Assembly (NCBI RefSeq): GCF_000142905.1 | Contig: NW_013657669.1 | Coordinates: 372,001 to 436,000, forward strand | Length of the DNA stretch: 64,000 bases | Direction: 5' to 3' | DNA from: Thecamonas trahens ATCC 50062 | Lineage: Eukaryota; Protista; Apusomonadida | Part shown: positions 54,021 to 64,000 of the stretch, one piece after another | Position numbering within the stretch: the first letter of the stretch is position 1 | Layout of the letters: every line of letters starts with the position of its first letter | Notes under the pieces: generated by a model | Database searches by the model: none | Told to the model about the DNA's origin: nothing | Seen by the model: the letters and a program-made list of their open reading frames with translations, nothing else | Position numbers and translations under genes: made by a program

Positions 54021-55226
54021 TTACTTTGTGCGGTTGGCAATCTTGGCGAGGAGGTCGGAGAAGACGCGGGCGTCAAAGTGGTCAAAACCTGAGATGTCGG
54101 CCTCGAGCTCGGCAACCGCTGCAGCCTCGTAGGCCCGGAACTCGGCCTCGAGCTCCAGGTCGCGGTAGATGGACTTGACGGCCTCGACGAAGAACGCGTC
54201 CGAGCGGCCGTAGTTGTTCTCCAGCGCCCGGCGCTGGTCCGGCGACGCCCGTTCGAGTGCGGTCACCACCAGCCACGTGCACTTGTTGTCCTGGATGTCG
54301 GTCCCGATCTTGCCCGACACCGCAGGATCCCCAAAGCAGTCGAGCACGTCGTCCTGGATCTGGAAGTACCGGCCCATGTCGAGCAGGATGCGCTCGGCGT
54401 CGGCAAAGGCCTGCGGCTCGTTCACGTTGGCAAGGGTCATGCCCAGCGAGACCGGAAGGAAGAACGAGTAGTACCCGGTCTTGTACTTGACGATCTGGTT
54501 GTACTTGGCCATAGTAAACCGCGAGAGGTCCACGTCATCGGCCGGCGCGGTCTTGAGATCGAGCAGCTGTCCGAGCTCCGTCCGGTACGTCACGTCGTGA
54601 AAGGTCTCCATGAGCGACACGTAGTGCGGCGAGTTGCGAAAGTGCTTCTTGAGGATGATGTAGATGAATGACTCGAGAATGAGCGCGTCGTTGACGGCAT
54701 CCATTCCAATATGCGGACTTTGGTACCAGCACGGGACACCCCGCCGGGTGAGCGAGTTGTCCATGATGTCGTCGGCCACAAGGAGAAAGGCCTGCATAAA
54801 CTCGACGCACCACCCGAGCGCCGCAGCCTTAAAGTACTCGGCGCGCTCCAGTGGCGCACCCTTGACACCAGCAACCGTATCCACCACCGCCATGCCGCGA
54901 TTGAGCTTGCCGCCCGGCACGTTGTACTGCGCCATGTAGTCGAGATACTCTTGCAGCTCAGTCGGCACTTCGTAGCTCGCCCCGAGCTCGTCCACCAACT
55001 CGGTCCGCAGCTGCTGGAACACGCCCTTGAACTGTGCCCGGCCGGCCGACGGCTTTGCTCCGCTTGCCAGCCCACGCGCCACACCTGCCATTGCCGCGCC
55101 CATCCCACCTACTGAGGTGCCTGTCGCCGTCACTGTCGCCGTCGACGGGTATCCCCGCGTCGCCAGCCACGCACCGCCGCGAGCTGCGCCGCACCGCCAG
55201 GCAGCCCCAAGCCGTTGAGCAAACAT
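54021..55226 (-). CDS. FDPS: Farnesyl diphosphate synthase with an N-terminal mitochondrial-type presequence
   Basis: GGKLNRG, FARM 'QAFLLVADDIMD', 'TRRG.PCWY', 'TELGQLLDL', 'YKTGYYSF', SARM 'FQIQDDVLD', 'GKIGTDIQDNKC'. Confidence 0.96.
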   Translation of the reverse strand: MFAQRLGAAWRCGAARGGAWLATRGYPSTATVTATGTSVGGMGAAMAGVARGLASGAKPSAGRAQFKGVFQQLRTELVDELGASYEVPTELQEYLDYMAQYNVPGGKLNRGMAVVDTVAGVKGAPLERAEYFKAAALGWCVEFMQAFLLVADDIMDNSLTRRGVPCWYQSPHIGMDAVNDALILESFIYIILKKHFRNSPHYVSLMETFHDVTYRTELGQLLDLKTAPADDVDLSRFTMAKYNQIVKYKTGYYSFFLPVSLGMTLANVNEPQAFADAERILLDMGRYFQIQDDVLDCFGDPAVSGKIGTDIQDNKCTWLVVTALERASPDQRRALENNYGRSDAFFVEAVKSIYRDLELEAEFRAYEAAAVAELEADISGFDHFDARVFSDLLAKIANRTK

Positions 55227-55286
55227 AGTATAGATTCGAGCTTGTCGTGGAAGAGTGGGAGAGAGACGAAGAGATAAAGTGGGAGA

Positions 55287-55361
55287 TGTGTGTGGTGTGT
55301 GGTGTGTGGTGGTGTGGTGTCGTGGGTGTGGGTGTGGGTGTGGGTGTGGGTGTGGGTGTGG
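55287..55361 (+). repeat. G/T simple repeats, including (GGGTGT)n
   Basis: Read directly; upstream of FDPS. Confidence 0.85.
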
Positions 55362-55375
55362 GAACCAGTAGCGCC

Positions 55376-55840
55376 AAACCCATCCCCGCCTGTGCCTCTG
55401 TTCATCGGCTGGTCTCTGCCTTTGGATCAAACCCATCCCCGCCTGTGCCTCTGTTCATCGGCTGGTCTCTGTCTTTGGATCAAACCCATCCCCGCCTGTG
55501 CCTCTGTTCATCGGCTGGTCTCTGTCTTTGGATCAAACCCATCCCCGCCTGTGCCTCTGTTCATCGGCTGGTCTCTGTCTTTGGATCAAACCCATCCCCG
55601 CCTGTGCCTCTGTTCATCGGCTGGTCTCTGCCTTTGGATCAAACCTATCCCCGCCTGTGCCTCTGTTCATCGGCTGGTCTCTGTCTTTGGATCAAACCCA
55701 TCCCCGCCTGTGCCTCTGTTCATCGGCTGGTCTCTGTCTTTGGATCAAACCCATCCCCGCCTGTGCCTCTGTTCATCGGCTGGTCTCTGCCTTTGGATCA
55801 AACCTATCCCCGCCTGTGCCTCTGTTCATCGGTTGGTCTT
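55376..55840 (+). repeat. 53-nt minisatellite, 8 full copies plus 1 partial
   Basis: Unit AAACC(C/T)ATCCCCGCCTGTGCCTCTGTTCATCGGCTGGTCTCTG(C/T)CTTTGGATC starting at 55376, 55429, 55482, 55535, 55588, 55641, 55694, 55747 and 55800. No spacers. Confidence 0.98.
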
Positions 55841-55960
55841 TGTCGTCTTCGGCACGCGGCTCTCGGCGCCCCATTGGTTGGCCTGACACACATCAGGCAC
55901 ACCACGCCATACAATCATTGCCGCCAAGTTACGAGTGGTTGGACTGCTCGGCACACTGTC

Positions 55961-58852
55961 ATGGCTGCTAGTCCTCGGTCTTCCGCCAAGACCACCCCGG
56001 TCTCGGTTTACCACGCCCTCGCCCAGATTGCCGACAACCTGGCACGCGTGACTCCACCTGCGTCGTTGCCACTCCCGGCTGACTCCTCGGCTACACCGTC
56101 AGCATCGTCGTCATCGCTCAAGTCGGCTCTGCTTGCCCCGTTCCGTCTTGTGTCGACGACGGTGAAAGCGAGCAAGGCTTACCGGAATCGAACCGCTGCC
56201 CTCGCTGCATACAGCGATGCCCGCAAGCGGCTCCCTCCCATCATCAGCTGGCTTCGCCGCTCGCCGCTCGATGTCTTCCGCAACTGCAGGCTCGATGCCG
56301 GGCGCAAGATAGCGGACGAGCCCGGCCGGGGCGATCGTGTCGATGCTGCGATGGCGGTCCGCGGCGCTCTGCTCCGGCGTGCGGCCAAGGTCGCCCGCAT
56401 GGCCATCGCTCTCGGGGAGAGCTCGCTCGGCTGCTCGGCTGCGGACATGCTTCCGATCGCACTTGCACTCGCGTCAGCACTCTTTGGACTGAGCCGTCGA
56501 CAGGCTGCCGCCAAGCTCCTCCGCGCCATCCTTGCCAAGCTCGATCCGAGTTGTGCCTTTCTCGATGCCCAAGCGCCATGCGCTGGAGTGAGCAAAGGCA
56601 AGAAGGGCACGAGTGACGGCGCACTCGAGTTGGGCTGCGACTACGTTTCGCTACTCAACAACTTTGCTTTGACCTTTGAGAGCGATGACGCTCCTACCGC
56701 ACTCGCGCTCTATCTTCGGTCGCTTGATATCACGCAGCACCAAGTGTCTATCGATGACAAATTCAAGCCACAGCGCATCACCCGTATCGCTATCATTCAC
56801 ACCAACATGGCCACTGTGCACCAGCGGATGGGAGACACGTCAGCGTCAATCTTTCACCGCTTTGAAGCTGCTGCTGTGCTCTCATCGCTAGACCAGCCCC
56901 CGCCTTCCACGGCTCTTGACATCCTGGGCCGTCTCTCCAGCATGTTTCTCTGCGCCTTCAACACGCCCGATTGCTCGAACAAAACCGGAGCCACCGGCCT
57001 GGCCTCGCTGATGCTGGCGATCTACACCGCGCGGCCCGCCGTAGCTTTGGCAAAGACCGATCTCCAGAAGGCCGATGCCCTCCATGACACCGCTGTCTGC
57101 CTTGTGCTTGCCAGCCGGCTGACTGAAGCAGAGCATCTGCTGCATGCGGCGCTTGCGACTGATCCCGCCCTCGACGCGCTTGCTGCCGGAGGCTGCGGCA
57201 CCTTTTCCGCCCTCGCCACCGTCTATCGTGAAGCCTCGCGCTTTGACGCGGCCCGCGCCATGCTTGCGCACGGCCTTGCAGTCGTCGATCCAACCTCAGA
57301 GTTTGCGGCCTGCCTTGCTGCCGACTCGGTCCGTGACGCACTGCAGTCGGGCGATGTTGACACCGCGGCTGTCCACGCCGCTGCAGTCCTTGCCACGCCA
57401 CTCACGCCTCTTTTTGCATCCAGTCACATCTCGGTCTATGCGGCACTCGCTAGTGGTGTGAGCACATGCCAGCTGCCTCCCTCGGCTCTCCCTCTCGGCT
57501 GGCAAGCCGGCGTTCTTGATGCGTATCGTACTCTTTGCGGCGAGTCGGGCGAGCCGCACCCGAGCTTGACCTCTGTTGCCCGCGTTGTGCGGACGGCTGC
57601 CGCGCTGGCGGCGGATCCTGACGACGCTGCTCGCGCTTTCGCTGCACAGCTTGCTGACATCCATCCACTGCCGCCGACACTTACGCCCGCTGCTCCAGTT
57701 CTGGCGGCGCTCCTCGACGTCGACTACTCGCCTGCCGAGAGCAAAGGCATGCCATTTCGCGTCGCCGCCGCGAACGCTGCCGCGTGCGCCGCCCTCGCCC
57801 AAATCGACCTCTCTGATCAAGTACCAGTCACACTACCGGTCGTCCATGTCTCAGCTCTTGATGCCCTCCTTGTGGCCACAGCAGGCGGAGACCTCTCCCG
57901 TCTTCCTGGCCCGCTGGGCATGTGGCCTGTCCTTGGTCTCGCGCCCGAGTTTGATGCATGCTTTCTCGACGATGGACTTTTGCTGTGGCGTGAGGCGCTC
58001 GTCCACTGGCTGGAGGCGGTTGCTGTCATTGTGGTCGTCGGCGATGGCGAGTGGCTTGCTCTCTGCGCGCTGCCTGCGCCGGCGATCCCGGTCTGGCTCG
58101 CACCATCCGGCAAAGATCCGGACTGCGCCTTTGCCGATGCCCTTCACAGCTTCTTGGCGGCGATTCCGTCATCGCATCTCTCGCTCTCTCTTGTACTGCC
58201 AAATACGCCGCTTGCAGCGCTTGCATGGTTTGCCCGACATGCGTCGCAACGCGTCACCGTCTACAGCGGGGCCCCAAAGAGCCACACCGGCCCGACGCGT
58301 GCGTGGGGTGCGTCCGTTGGTGCCTTTCGCGGCACCATCCCATTCGCAAGGCTACCCACCGTCTCGCACCCTCCGGTACACTCCGTTGTCTTTCCACATC
58401 TTCCGATCTCGCTCTCGGAGCTCATTGCTGCTACCCAAGGCCCATCGGCGCATCCAGTCGCTGACTGGGCTGCCTGGCTTGCTTCGCCCGTGCCGAACCT
58501 GCCTGCCTGCCCGCACCTTGACGCTGGCATATCGCCTCTGCAGCTTGACGCCGCTGAGCTTGGCAGCGACCTTTGTCGCCGCATTGCTGTTGACCCGCCG
58601 CTGGATGTGATCAGCAGCTCTCCACGCCATGTTGCTCTCTTTGTCCACGTCATCGGCGCCCAACCTGGCGAGGGACTTGTCGTGAGGAACTGGCTTCTGG
58701 CCGCATCCATCTCAGCAACTAATTGTGTAGCCATCGGTCTCACGCCCGATCCCGCACTCGCCACCGTGTTCATTGTCATCGCGGATACTGCCACCCGTCG
58801 CGCACTTGCCGTCCATATCTCAGCCGCACTCGCGCGCGTGGCTAAACTCTAG
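55961..58852 (+). CDS. Large Ala-rich protein with divergent TPR-like repeats
   Basis: 963 aa from MAASPRSS. TPR-like 'VSLLNNFALTF...ALALYLRSLDI', 'IAIIHTNMATVHQRMGD', 'FSALATVYREASRFDAARAML'. Confidence 0.65.
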   Translation: MAASPRSSAKTTPVSVYHALAQIADNLARVTPPASLPLPADSSATPSASSSSLKSALLAPFRLVSTTVKASKAYRNRTAALAAYSDARKRLPPIISWLRRSPLDVFRNCRLDAGRKIADEPGRGDRVDAAMAVRGALLRRAAKVARMAIALGESSLGCSAADMLPIALALASALFGLSRRQAAAKLLRAILAKLDPSCAFLDAQAPCAGVSKGKKGTSDGALELGCDYVSLLNNFALTFESDDAPTALALYLRSLDITQHQVSIDDKFKPQRITRIAIIHTNMATVHQRMGDTSASIFHRFEAAAVLSSLDQPPPSTALDILGRLSSMFLCAFNTPDCSNKTGATGLASLMLAIYTARPAVALAKTDLQKADALHDTAVCLVLASRLTEAEHLLHAALATDPALDALAAGGCGTFSALATVYREASRFDAARAMLAHGLAVVDPTSEFAACLAADSVRDALQSGDVDTAAVHAAAVLATPLTPLFASSHISVYAALASGVSTCQLPPSALPLGWQAGVLDAYRTLCGESGEPHPSLTSVARVVRTAAALAADPDDAARAFAAQLADIHPLPPTLTPAAPVLAALLDVDYSPAESKGMPFRVAAANAAACAALAQIDLSDQVPVTLPVVHVSALDALLVATAGGDLSRLPGPLGMWPVLGLAPEFDACFLDDGLLLWREALVHWLEAVAVIVVVGDGEWLALCALPAPAIPVWLAPSGKDPDCAFADALHSFLAAIPSSHLSLSLVLPNTPLAALAWFARHASQRVTVYSGAPKSHTGPTRAWGASVGAFRGTIPFARLPTVSHPPVHSVVFPHLPISLSELIAATQGPSAHPVADWAAWLASPVPNLPACPHLDAGISPLQLDAAELGSDLCRRIAVDPPLDVISSSPRHVALFVHVIGAQPGEGLVVRNWLLAASISATNCVAIGLTPDPALATVFIVIADTATRRALAVHISAALARVAKL

Positions 58853-59067
58853 CTCAGCATCGACACCGCCAAAAATCGCACGCCGCTGCCCGGCATGGCA
58901 CGCTTTTTTTCAGCACCCGCTCGCCGCTATTCGCCCCGGCTCCTGCGAGTGCCCCCCCCCCCCCCCCCTCCCCCCCCCCTCCACCACCCCACCCCCAACC
59001 CCGCCGCCGGGAGGAGAAGATAGACAACCTCTGCACCGCTCTCTCTCTCCCCCCTTCCCCCCCCTCC

Positions 59068-62000
59068 ATGCCCGGCCCTCCCAAGAAGCCCCGCAGGACG
59101 TACGTACTCTCTCTCTCTCCCTCCCTTCCCCTTTCCTCCCCACCTCCGGCGCGCGCCTGCCTGTACCCCCTCTCCCCGTTCGGCCGAAGTGGCTTGCCAC
59201 ATTCGCAAGGGTGTCAGGGTGGCTCGGCGGGCAAGGGCAAAGAGGACGAGGGCCACGAACGAGGGCTGCGAACGAGGATAGCTCACAGCGAGACAATGAT
59301 ACACCCGTACGCATGGGATGGGTGACAGTGGCGGTTCCAGTGGGTCGGACGATCCGCAAGCCCAGGCAGCGGCCTGTATCCAAAAGTGGTGGCGGTCGAG
59401 GCTCGCGGCAAAAAGTTCATGGCGGTAGCCAAGACGCTCAAGCGGCGGACCAAGATTGCGCACGAGCTACTGGAGACCGAAGTGACGTACGTCTCGTCGC
59501 TCAATGCGCTCATCGAAGTGTATGTCAAGCCGCTGCGGTTCAATGCGCAGACGTCGCCCAACCCGATTGCCCGGGCCGAGTCGCTCGACGCCATTTTCTC
59601 CAACGTCGAGCTCATCGCGCGGACCAACGAGACGCTCGCCGACTCGCTTCGGGAGCGAATGGCCGAGTGGGACCCGATGACGACATGTCTCGGTGATGCA
59701 CTCAAGCGGATGGCCCCGTTTCTCAAGCTCTACACGCAGTACTGCAAAAACTACGACAACTCGCTCAAGGCTGTGGCGCAGTGCTCGCAGTCGAAGCAGT
59801 TTACCGCCTTTCTCGAGTCTGGGCACCTCCATCCCGACTCGCTCAACTTGCACCTAGCCGATGCGCTCATCATGCCGATCCAGCGCATCCCGCGGTACAT
59901 CATGCTCCTCTCTGACATTATCAAGTACACGCCCGACGACCATCCGGATGCGACGAACCTTGCCGAGGCGCTGACGCTCATCTCGGAGATTGCGCGGACG
60001 GTCAACTCGTCAATGGCGGTGGCCGACTCGATGAACCGAATCGTCGAAATCCAGCAGATGCTCTCCAAGGATTGTCCCATTCTTGTCGAGCCTGCGCGCC
60101 GGTTTGTGCGCGAAGGCTACCTGACCAAGAACCGCGAGAAGCGCATGTACTTTTTGTTCAACGACATTCTCGTCTACGCCGCCAAGCAAAACTCGTCAAT
60201 GTTTCTCTTCAAGGGCCTCATTCCGCTCAACACCACGTGGATCAAGGACCTTGCCGGTGAGGAGGTCTCGCTCCCGCATGCCTTCCAGATTGTGTCGACC
60301 AAGAAGACGTACACGGTGTGTGCCGACTCGGAGTCGGCCAAGGCCTCCTGGATGGCCGACATCAATGCACAGATTGACGAGCTGGTGGCAAAGGATCCGT
60401 CGCTAGTGGCGCGCCGCGCCGAAGCCGGCAGGGTCGTCAAGTCGCGGTTCCGCCGCAAGGGCGCCGGCGAGTCGGGCGCCGCCGGCGACGCCTCGGGCTC
60501 GGGCATGCCGGTCCTCTCGGCACCAGCGACCATTGATCTCACCGTTCCCACGCCACGCCTCTCGTACCGGTACTTGTTTTCAGGAAACTGCGACAAAGTC
60601 GGCACGCTGTGCAAGCTCGGCTCGTCGCGATTCACGCGGTGGAACAACCGCATCTTCCTCCTTAAGGACATGTTCCTCTACTACTACAAGACTGAGGCCG
60701 ACGAGGAGCCAACCGGCATTGTCCCACTCGACGGGTGCATTGTCGAATCGCGGCAAGACATCTCCAAGAAGAACAAGTACTACTTTGACATTTCGCACTC
60801 GACCCGATCGCGGGTCTACCACATCTTTGCCAAAGAGACAGCCGACCGGACCGAGTGGTCGAACCTCCTCCTCCGCGCCATCAACGGTGACCGTGCCGTC
60901 TCCAACTTTGGCCTCCCGTTTGTGTTCTGCAACATTGCCTGGGGCCCTCTCATTGTCAAGGAGCTTGCGCTTGAGGCTTTCCTCTCGGTCATCACCCTCT
61001 GCAAGGACGACATGCTCGACGAGCACTACTCGGCGCTATCGACCAAGGATGGCGCCAACTTCCTGCCTGCGCTCATCAACACGCTCAACGCCGAGGGCGC
61101 TGTGTTTGAGTTGGGAGCGAAAGCGCTGCGCCACGCCTCGCGCTTTCAATTTACCCACGCCTATCTCCTTGACAGCAACAATGGCGTGTGTGAGTTTCTT
61201 GGCGGCCTCATGTCACGGGAGGGTACGTCCAAGGCGACAGTAGGCAACATTGCGTGGACGCTTGTCCACCTCCTTGCACCATCCATGGGCCCTGGGCCCG
61301 ACGAGCCTGCACCGGCGATCCTCGGCGAGTCGCCGATCATCCCGTTGGTCATTCTGCTCGAGCGGGCCGGTGACGAGTTCATGATTGACGCCGCCATCAA
61401 GGCCATGGCCCATCTCGCCGAAGACGCCTTTCTTCGTGCGGCTTTTCTCAAGGACAATGCACTGAAGCCCCTTGTGGAAGTTCTGCGGACGGCATCGTCG
61501 CATGTGGCGCTCTACTACGGCTGCCTCACGCTCTCGCTCGTCTCGTCGAACGACTCGATCCGGGCGGCCATTCCGAACCTCGGCGCCATTCCCACTCTTG
61601 TCACCCACCTCTCCTCCCCATCGCCGTGGGTCATCGAGGCTGCGCTGCGGGCGCTCTCGGGCTTGGCAAGCTCGTCGCATAACAGGGTCCTCATGACCGA
61701 GTCACTCTTTCTCTCACCGCTTCTCAGCGCGCTCGAGTCGAACGCGACACCGTCGATGCTCGCGGTTGCCATGGACTGCATCCGTGCCTTTTCGGCCTCG
61801 CTCTACGGCAAGGAGGTCATCCTCAACGGCGGCTGCCTGCCGTCGCTTGTTGCCGCGCTCACCCTCAACCAGGACGTCAAGGTGCTGACCAACGTGGCGG
61901 CAGCGATTGCGAACGTGACCGAGGGCGGCTCGACGCTCATCCAGTCCGAGTTTCGTGAGCTCGGTGGAATGGACTCGATGTTTGCGGTGGCGAACAACTG

Positions 62001-64000
62001 GCTGCCTGCCGAGCCGAACCGGATTCACGCTCGGCTGCAGGAGGCAATTCTACGTGTCCTCTGCAATGTGTGCCTCTCTTCCAATCCCAACATTGAGCTC
62101 CTGGTTGCTGCGCCAGAGACCGTTGCCGCGGTGGTGCACTCGCTCTCGTCGCCGGTCGAGCGGGTGGTAGCTCAAGCGGCGCGGCTGGCTGGTGAGGTCT
62201 CAATTGTCGAGAATGGAGCGCGGACGCTGCAACACAGCGCTGCGGTCGAGCCGCTCTTCCGAGTCGCGTGCTGGAACGTCGAGGGCTCGACGACGTATCA
62301 GGCCTCGGCGCGAGTCTCAGCCGTCATTGCGTTGGCCAACTTGGCCAAGTCATCGATTGTGGTGGCACACCTTGGCGAGCTGGTGGCAGAGGCGCCGCTG
62401 GCGGTGGCAGACCTGGCGCACGGCGCCGGACTTGCCGGCATTGCCGCGCGCAAGCTCGCAGGCAAGCTCGACCTTGACCTTGGCGTGGCGCCGGTCCTGC
62501 ACGAGTCGGCCAAGCGTCCGGCGACGCCCGAGGTGACGGCGCAGTCGGGCGGGCGGCTGACGCTTGCGGCGCCGGACAAGCTTCTCGACCCCGCCAAGGC
62601 TGCCGTGATCATTGACTCTGCGGTAGCCGTCGAGTCATGGATGGCAACGTCAGAGACGGAGCTCAACGTGTCGACCGGCGACGTGATTGCCGTCTACGAC
62701 GCCACCCATCCCGAGTGGTGGTATGCGCGGGTCGGCGGCGTCACCGGCTTTGTGCCCTGCTTTTGCCTCGAAACGGTGAGCGCCGGCATGCGCAAGACCA
62801 CGTCGGCGACGCTTGACAAGGCGGCACGACTGGCGCGGCTCTCGACGGCGCCGGCCGACGAAGTGGTGATGACACTCGAGGAAGAGGGCGTCCGCATGGG
62901 CTACCTCAAACTGCAGTCGACGTCGGTGCTCAAGTCGTGGATCCGGCACTTTGCGGTGTTAGAGGCCGGCAAGCTTGCAATCTACAAGACCGTCCACGAC
63001 CCGGTGCCGGTCTTTGAGCTCGACGTTCAGGTGGTCAACGTCAAGAACGCGTCCGATCTCACCTTTGAGATGATTGCGCCAGATAAGCGGTATTTGTTCC
63101 AGGGCGAGACGCAAGCTGAGGTGACGGCGTGGGTGGCCGCGATTCGGGACGCGACAGCGTCACAGCTCCGCAACGTCACGTCGGTCGGGAAGACTGGCAC
63201 GCTCAAACGGGTCCATTCCAAGACGAAGTCACAGATCAACCAGCTCATAGCTAACATCTGGAAGCTGCCGGGCAACTCAGTCTGCGCCGACTGCTTCAAC
63301 ACCAAGCCAGACTGGTGCTCGATCAACCTCGGCATTTTGGTCTGCATCGAGTGCTCGGGCTTGCACCGCTCGCTCGGCACGTCGATTTCCAAGGTTCGGT
63401 CGCTCAAGCTAGACGACCTGGTGCCGTATGTGGAAGAGTACATGCAGGCGATCGGTAACGAGGCTGCCAACTCGATCCTCGAGGCCTGGCCGTCGCGGGT
63501 CATCCGCTACAAGCCGTCAGACCCGTCGCTTGCCGGCATGCGTAACCAGTACATCAAGTACAAGTACGTAGAGAAGCGGTTGTTGGCCAAGGGCACCGAG
63601 ACTGACCCGGATAAGCTCGGCGCAGCGCTGCGTGCGTCCATCGCCGCAGGCTCGCACATGGGCATCCTCGCTGCACTCGCCGCCGGCGCCGCCGTCGACT
63701 GGCTCCCGCCCGACAAGCCGGGCGCCATCGGCTCGGTCGCGTATGCGCTCGAGACCCAGGCGCCGCGGGTAGTTGTCACCGCGCTCGTGCTCAATAACGC
63801 CGACATCAACTCGGTCTCGCCCAAGTCGGGCGGCACGCCCGCCCACGACGCCGTCCTCGCCGAACGCTCGGACGTGCTGGAGATTCTGATGGACAACAAC
63901 GCCGACATCAAGACACCCAACGCTGAGGGCCAGACCGTACTGCAGCTCGCCGAGGCGCTCAACGCCACCCGTTGCATCACTATCCTCCGTGGTGAGACAG
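59068..64000 (+). CDS. Multidomain RhoGEF-ArfGAP: IQ-DH-PH-PH-ARM repeats-SH3-PH-ArfGAP-ANK (3' end off-window; 1-nt frameshift at ~59407-59414)
   Basis: Manual translation is open from 59419 to 64000: DH 'KIAHELLETEVTYV...LIMPIQRIPRY'; PH 'RRFVREG...FLFNDILV'; PH 'WNNRIFLL'; ARM 'GAIPTLVTHL'; SH3 'ELNVSTGDVI...EWWYARVGGVTGFVP'; PH; ArfGAP 'GNSVCADC...WCSINLGILVCIECSGLHRSLG'; ANK 'GGTPAHDA', 'GQTVLQLA'. The 5' end is either ATG 59318 or a short exon 59068-59099 (GTACGT donor). Confidence 0.93.

Noticed and set aside
37151-55226. Terpenoid biosynthetic cluster (DxDD protein plus FPP synthase)
   Set aside because: The two genes are 15 kb apart, separated by unrelated housekeeping genes, and predicted in different compartments.
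55376-55840. CRISPR array
   Set aside because: The units are contiguous with no unique spacers, there are no cas genes, and the context is eukaryotic.
55247-55960. Cys-rich repetitive N-terminus of ORF 55247-58852 and the overlapping ORFs
   Set aside because: The repeat period of 53 is not a multiple of 3 and all three frames are open. The likely start is ATG 55961.
2664-64000. Functional cluster of small-GTPase and trafficking genes
   Set aside because: These families are large in protists and are interspersed here with unrelated genes. No co-regulation is evident without an enrichment test.
1-64000. Mobile elements or endogenous virus
   Set aside because: No transposase, reverse transcriptase, integrase, capsid, LTR or TIR signature was recognised.

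Overview
This is a gene-dense, very GC-rich, intron-poor eukaryotic (protist) nuclear window with six N gaps. Style and gene content resemble an apusomonad such as Thecamonas trahens (inference, not confirmed). It holds about 27 protein genes: ABCC transporter (3' end off-window), Sec15/EXOC6, AATF/Bfr2, PTC7, Vip1/BPA1-like RRM protein, CENP-L, DH-PH-PH RhoGEF, RPP14, Rab18, a DDT-WHIM-FYRN/FYRC chromatin protein, NAAA/acid ceramidase, RPAP2, a DOCK-C/D GEF, an IQ-REM-RasGEF-cNMP protein, TPP1-like sedolisin, a secreted DxDD protein, a tail-anchored unknown, a Sel1-repeat protein, VPS11, a tandem-PH protein, a P-loop kinase, PKD2, a membrane ankyrin protein, a 4-TM protein, FPP synthase, a TPR-like protein, and a large IQ-DH-PH-PH-ARM-SH3-PH-ArfGAP-ANK protein that the ORF track misses because it runs off the window end. 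There is also one tRNA-Arg(UCG), several minisatellites and a USP10/Ubp3-like gene relic. The main leads are the RhoGEF-ArfGAP fusion, the RasGEF carrying both IQ and cNMP domains, four same-direction single-base frameshifts in otherwise intact genes, and the secreted class II terpene-cyclase-like protein. All family calls come from motif recognition by eye; no searches were run.
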